This document shows positions 16,654-17,819 of a stretch of 17,819 bases of DNA, one piece after another. A model generated the notes under the pieces. That model saw nothing but the letters and a program-made list of their open reading frames with translations. It was not told the DNA's origin and did no database searches. Source of the stretch: Candidatus Aenigmatarchaeota archaeon (lineage in GTDB: Archaea; Aenigmatarchaeota; Aenigmatarchaeia; CG10238-14); NCBI GenBank assembly GCA_044343545.1, contig JAWBZR010000015.1, positions 1-17,819 of the forward strand, given 5' to 3'. Every line of letters begins with the position of its first letter. Position 1 is the first letter of the stretch. The position numbers were made by a program, and so were the translations under genes.

Positions 16654-16884
16654 ATGAAAAGAGGAATGGGCATACTCGTAGCATTGTTTAAGTTAGCGTC
16701 AGCTCAACCCACAGGTGAAATAATAGAAATACCCGTGGTTCGTCCCATAGAGGAAATCTTAAAAAGTTATAGCATGTTTGTAGGCACGGTCTTGAGCATA
16801 CTTGTAATTTTGTTTATTGTTTTGTTAATAAGAATCTACAAAAAGAGGAAAAGGCAGAAAAAATCGCGTGCAAAAAGAAAATAA
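16654..16884 (+). CDS. Small membrane protein with a strongly basic C-terminal tail
   Basis: Signal-like N-terminus ending ASA, one strong TM helix (FVGTVLSILVILFIVLLI), tail KKRKRQKKSRAKRK; 15 nt after the minD2 stop. Confidence 0.75.
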   Translation: MKRGMGILVALFKLASAQPTGEIIEIPVVRPIEEILKSYSMFVGTVLSILVILFIVLLIRIYKKRKRQKKSRAKRK

Positions 16885-16899
16885 TTTTCTATTTTTTTT
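16885..16899 (+). terminator. Oligo-T terminator candidate
   Basis: TTTTCTATTTTTTTT directly after the stop codon of the small membrane protein. Confidence 0.45.
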
Positions 16900-16950
16900 C
16901 TGTGAAGTTATAAATATTTTCATCTTTGTTGTATTTGTAAGGGGATTTAT

Positions 16951-17819
16951 TTGAGGTATAATATTTCGCGAATATATCAATGCATTAGTAGTTGTGGAAG
17001 AAGGTCAATACACTTTGTAGTAGGGTTATTAGCTATATTAGGTAGCTCTGTAGCGGCGAATTATATTTTACCTTCATCTCAACTCCCTGCATCCAGACCA
17101 AACGTTATATTATATCAACCCTCTACACCTACTTTATATTCACCCGAGACTTCACTCCAAAATCTTGCTTGTGGTCTTGTTAAAAAGCGCGCAGATGTAA
17201 ATCTAAATGGGACTTGGGACGATCAAGATGTGGGGGTTGTGGGACAACCTTTTTTTGTTGAAATAGTTGGTTCTTCAGGATCTATTGTTCCTAAGTTTTC
17301 ATCCAACCCTTCTAATTTGGATCCAAATACACTAGTAGTATATAATGGTGGATACGGGTATACAAAGGATGGTAAAGCTGTTATATCTACTGGCCCAGGA
17401 GGTTTCGTAGAAATATGTGGCCTAGGTGATACTAGAATTTTAGTAGCCGAAATTATAAATGGAAACTTTTTTAGACCTGTAAATGGTGTGTATACTCAAA
17501 TGTTGTTTTTAGAGTCGGGTGAACTTCCAGAAATACTTTTTTTAAATCAGCAAGTTCCACCAACCCCAACCTACACACCCACACCCACTCCAACACCAAC
17601 ATCCACACCAACTTACACCCCAACCCCAACATCCACTCCAGTTCCACCAACATTCACACCCACACCCACTCCAACACCAACATCCACACCAACTTACACC
17701 CCAACCCCAACATCCACTCCAGTTCCACCAACATCCACACCCACACCCACTCCAACACCAACATCCACACCAACTTACACCCCAACCCCAACATCCACTC
17801 CAGTTCCACCAACACCCAC
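16951..17819 (+). CDS. Secreted/surface protein with an SdrD-B-like domain and a Pro/Thr-rich stalk; 3'-truncated, not in ORF track
   Basis: Stop-free frame from TTG 16951 to the window end; GGGGA at 16941-16945 and TTATAAA at 16908-16914 upstream. Signal-like [20 protein letters not shown], then [12 protein letters not shown], then (PT)n repeats. Exact start uncertain. Confidence 0.8.
   Translation, partial: MRYNISRIYQCISSCGRRSIHFVVGLLAILGSSVAANYILPSSQLPASRPNVILYQPSTPTLYSPETSLQNLACGLVKKRADVNLNGTWDDQDVGVVGQPFFVEIVGSSGSIVPKFSSNPSNLDPNTLVVYNGGYGYTKDGKAVISTGPGGFVEICGLGDTRILVAEIINGNFFRPVNGVYTQMLFLESGELPEILFLNQQVPPTPTYTPTPTPTPTSTPTYTPTPTSTPVPPTFTPTPTPTPTSTPTYTPTPTSTPVPPTSTPTPTPTPTSTPTYTPTPTSTPVPPTP
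17554..17819 (+). repeat. Coding tandem repeat, 81-bp (27-aa) unit VPPT[F/S][22 protein letters not shown]
   Basis: Units start at 17554 (87-bp variant), 17641, 17722 and 17803 (partial); the two full 81-bp units differ by one base (TTC versus TCC). Confidence 0.95.

Noticed and set aside
2211..16673. Short antisense ORFs in the track (e.g. 2211-2453, 3479-3842, 5296-5532, 6138-6326, 7420-8588, 10287-10862, 12790-13129, 14110-14298, 15031-15526, 16080-16673)
   Set aside because: All lie opposite well-supported genes and show no recognisable motifs.
16996..17016. Twin-arginine (Tat) signal in the surface protein
   Set aside because: GRRSIHF does not match S/T-R-R-x-F-L; better read as the basic n-region of a Sec-type signal.
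17471..17653. 60-aa minus-strand ORF from the track
   Set aside because: Antisense shadow of the Pro/Thr repeat gene.
17554..17819. CRISPR array or telomere-like C/A-rich repeat
   Set aside because: The units are contiguous with no unique spacers, have lengths divisible by three and lie in an open frame encoding Pro/Thr repeats; no cas genes are present.

Overview
An AT-rich, densely packed archaeal chromosomal segment. The archaeal-type PheRS, TrpRS, METTL5-like methyltransferase and MinD genes, CCA-less tRNAs and TATA-type promoters indicate an archaeon; a DPANN-like lineage is my inference only. In order: the 5' end of an unknown gene on the minus strand; a translationally coupled sufB-sufD-sufS-sufU cluster with no sufC; a divergent CofC-like nucleotidyltransferase; uppS; minD paralogue 1; a minus-strand pheS-[HAD+Nudix fusion]-pheT operon; a small apparently frameshifted ORF; trpS; a cytoplasmic GH13 glycosidase; a membrane protein; tRNA-His(GUG); an uncalled 56-aa two-helix membrane protein; a METTL5-family methyltransferase whose stop codon lies inside the antisense tRNA-Leu(GAG); minD paralogue 2 with a small membrane protein; and an uncalled TTG-start surface protein with an SdrD-B-like Ca-binding motif and an 81-bp Pro/Thr tandem repeat running off the end. 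I saw no CRISPR array, transposase or integrase. The best candidates for new biology are the HAD-Nudix fusion locked between pheS and pheT and the orphan CofC-like gene behind the sufC-less suf cluster. All calls come from motif recognition by eye; no searches were run.
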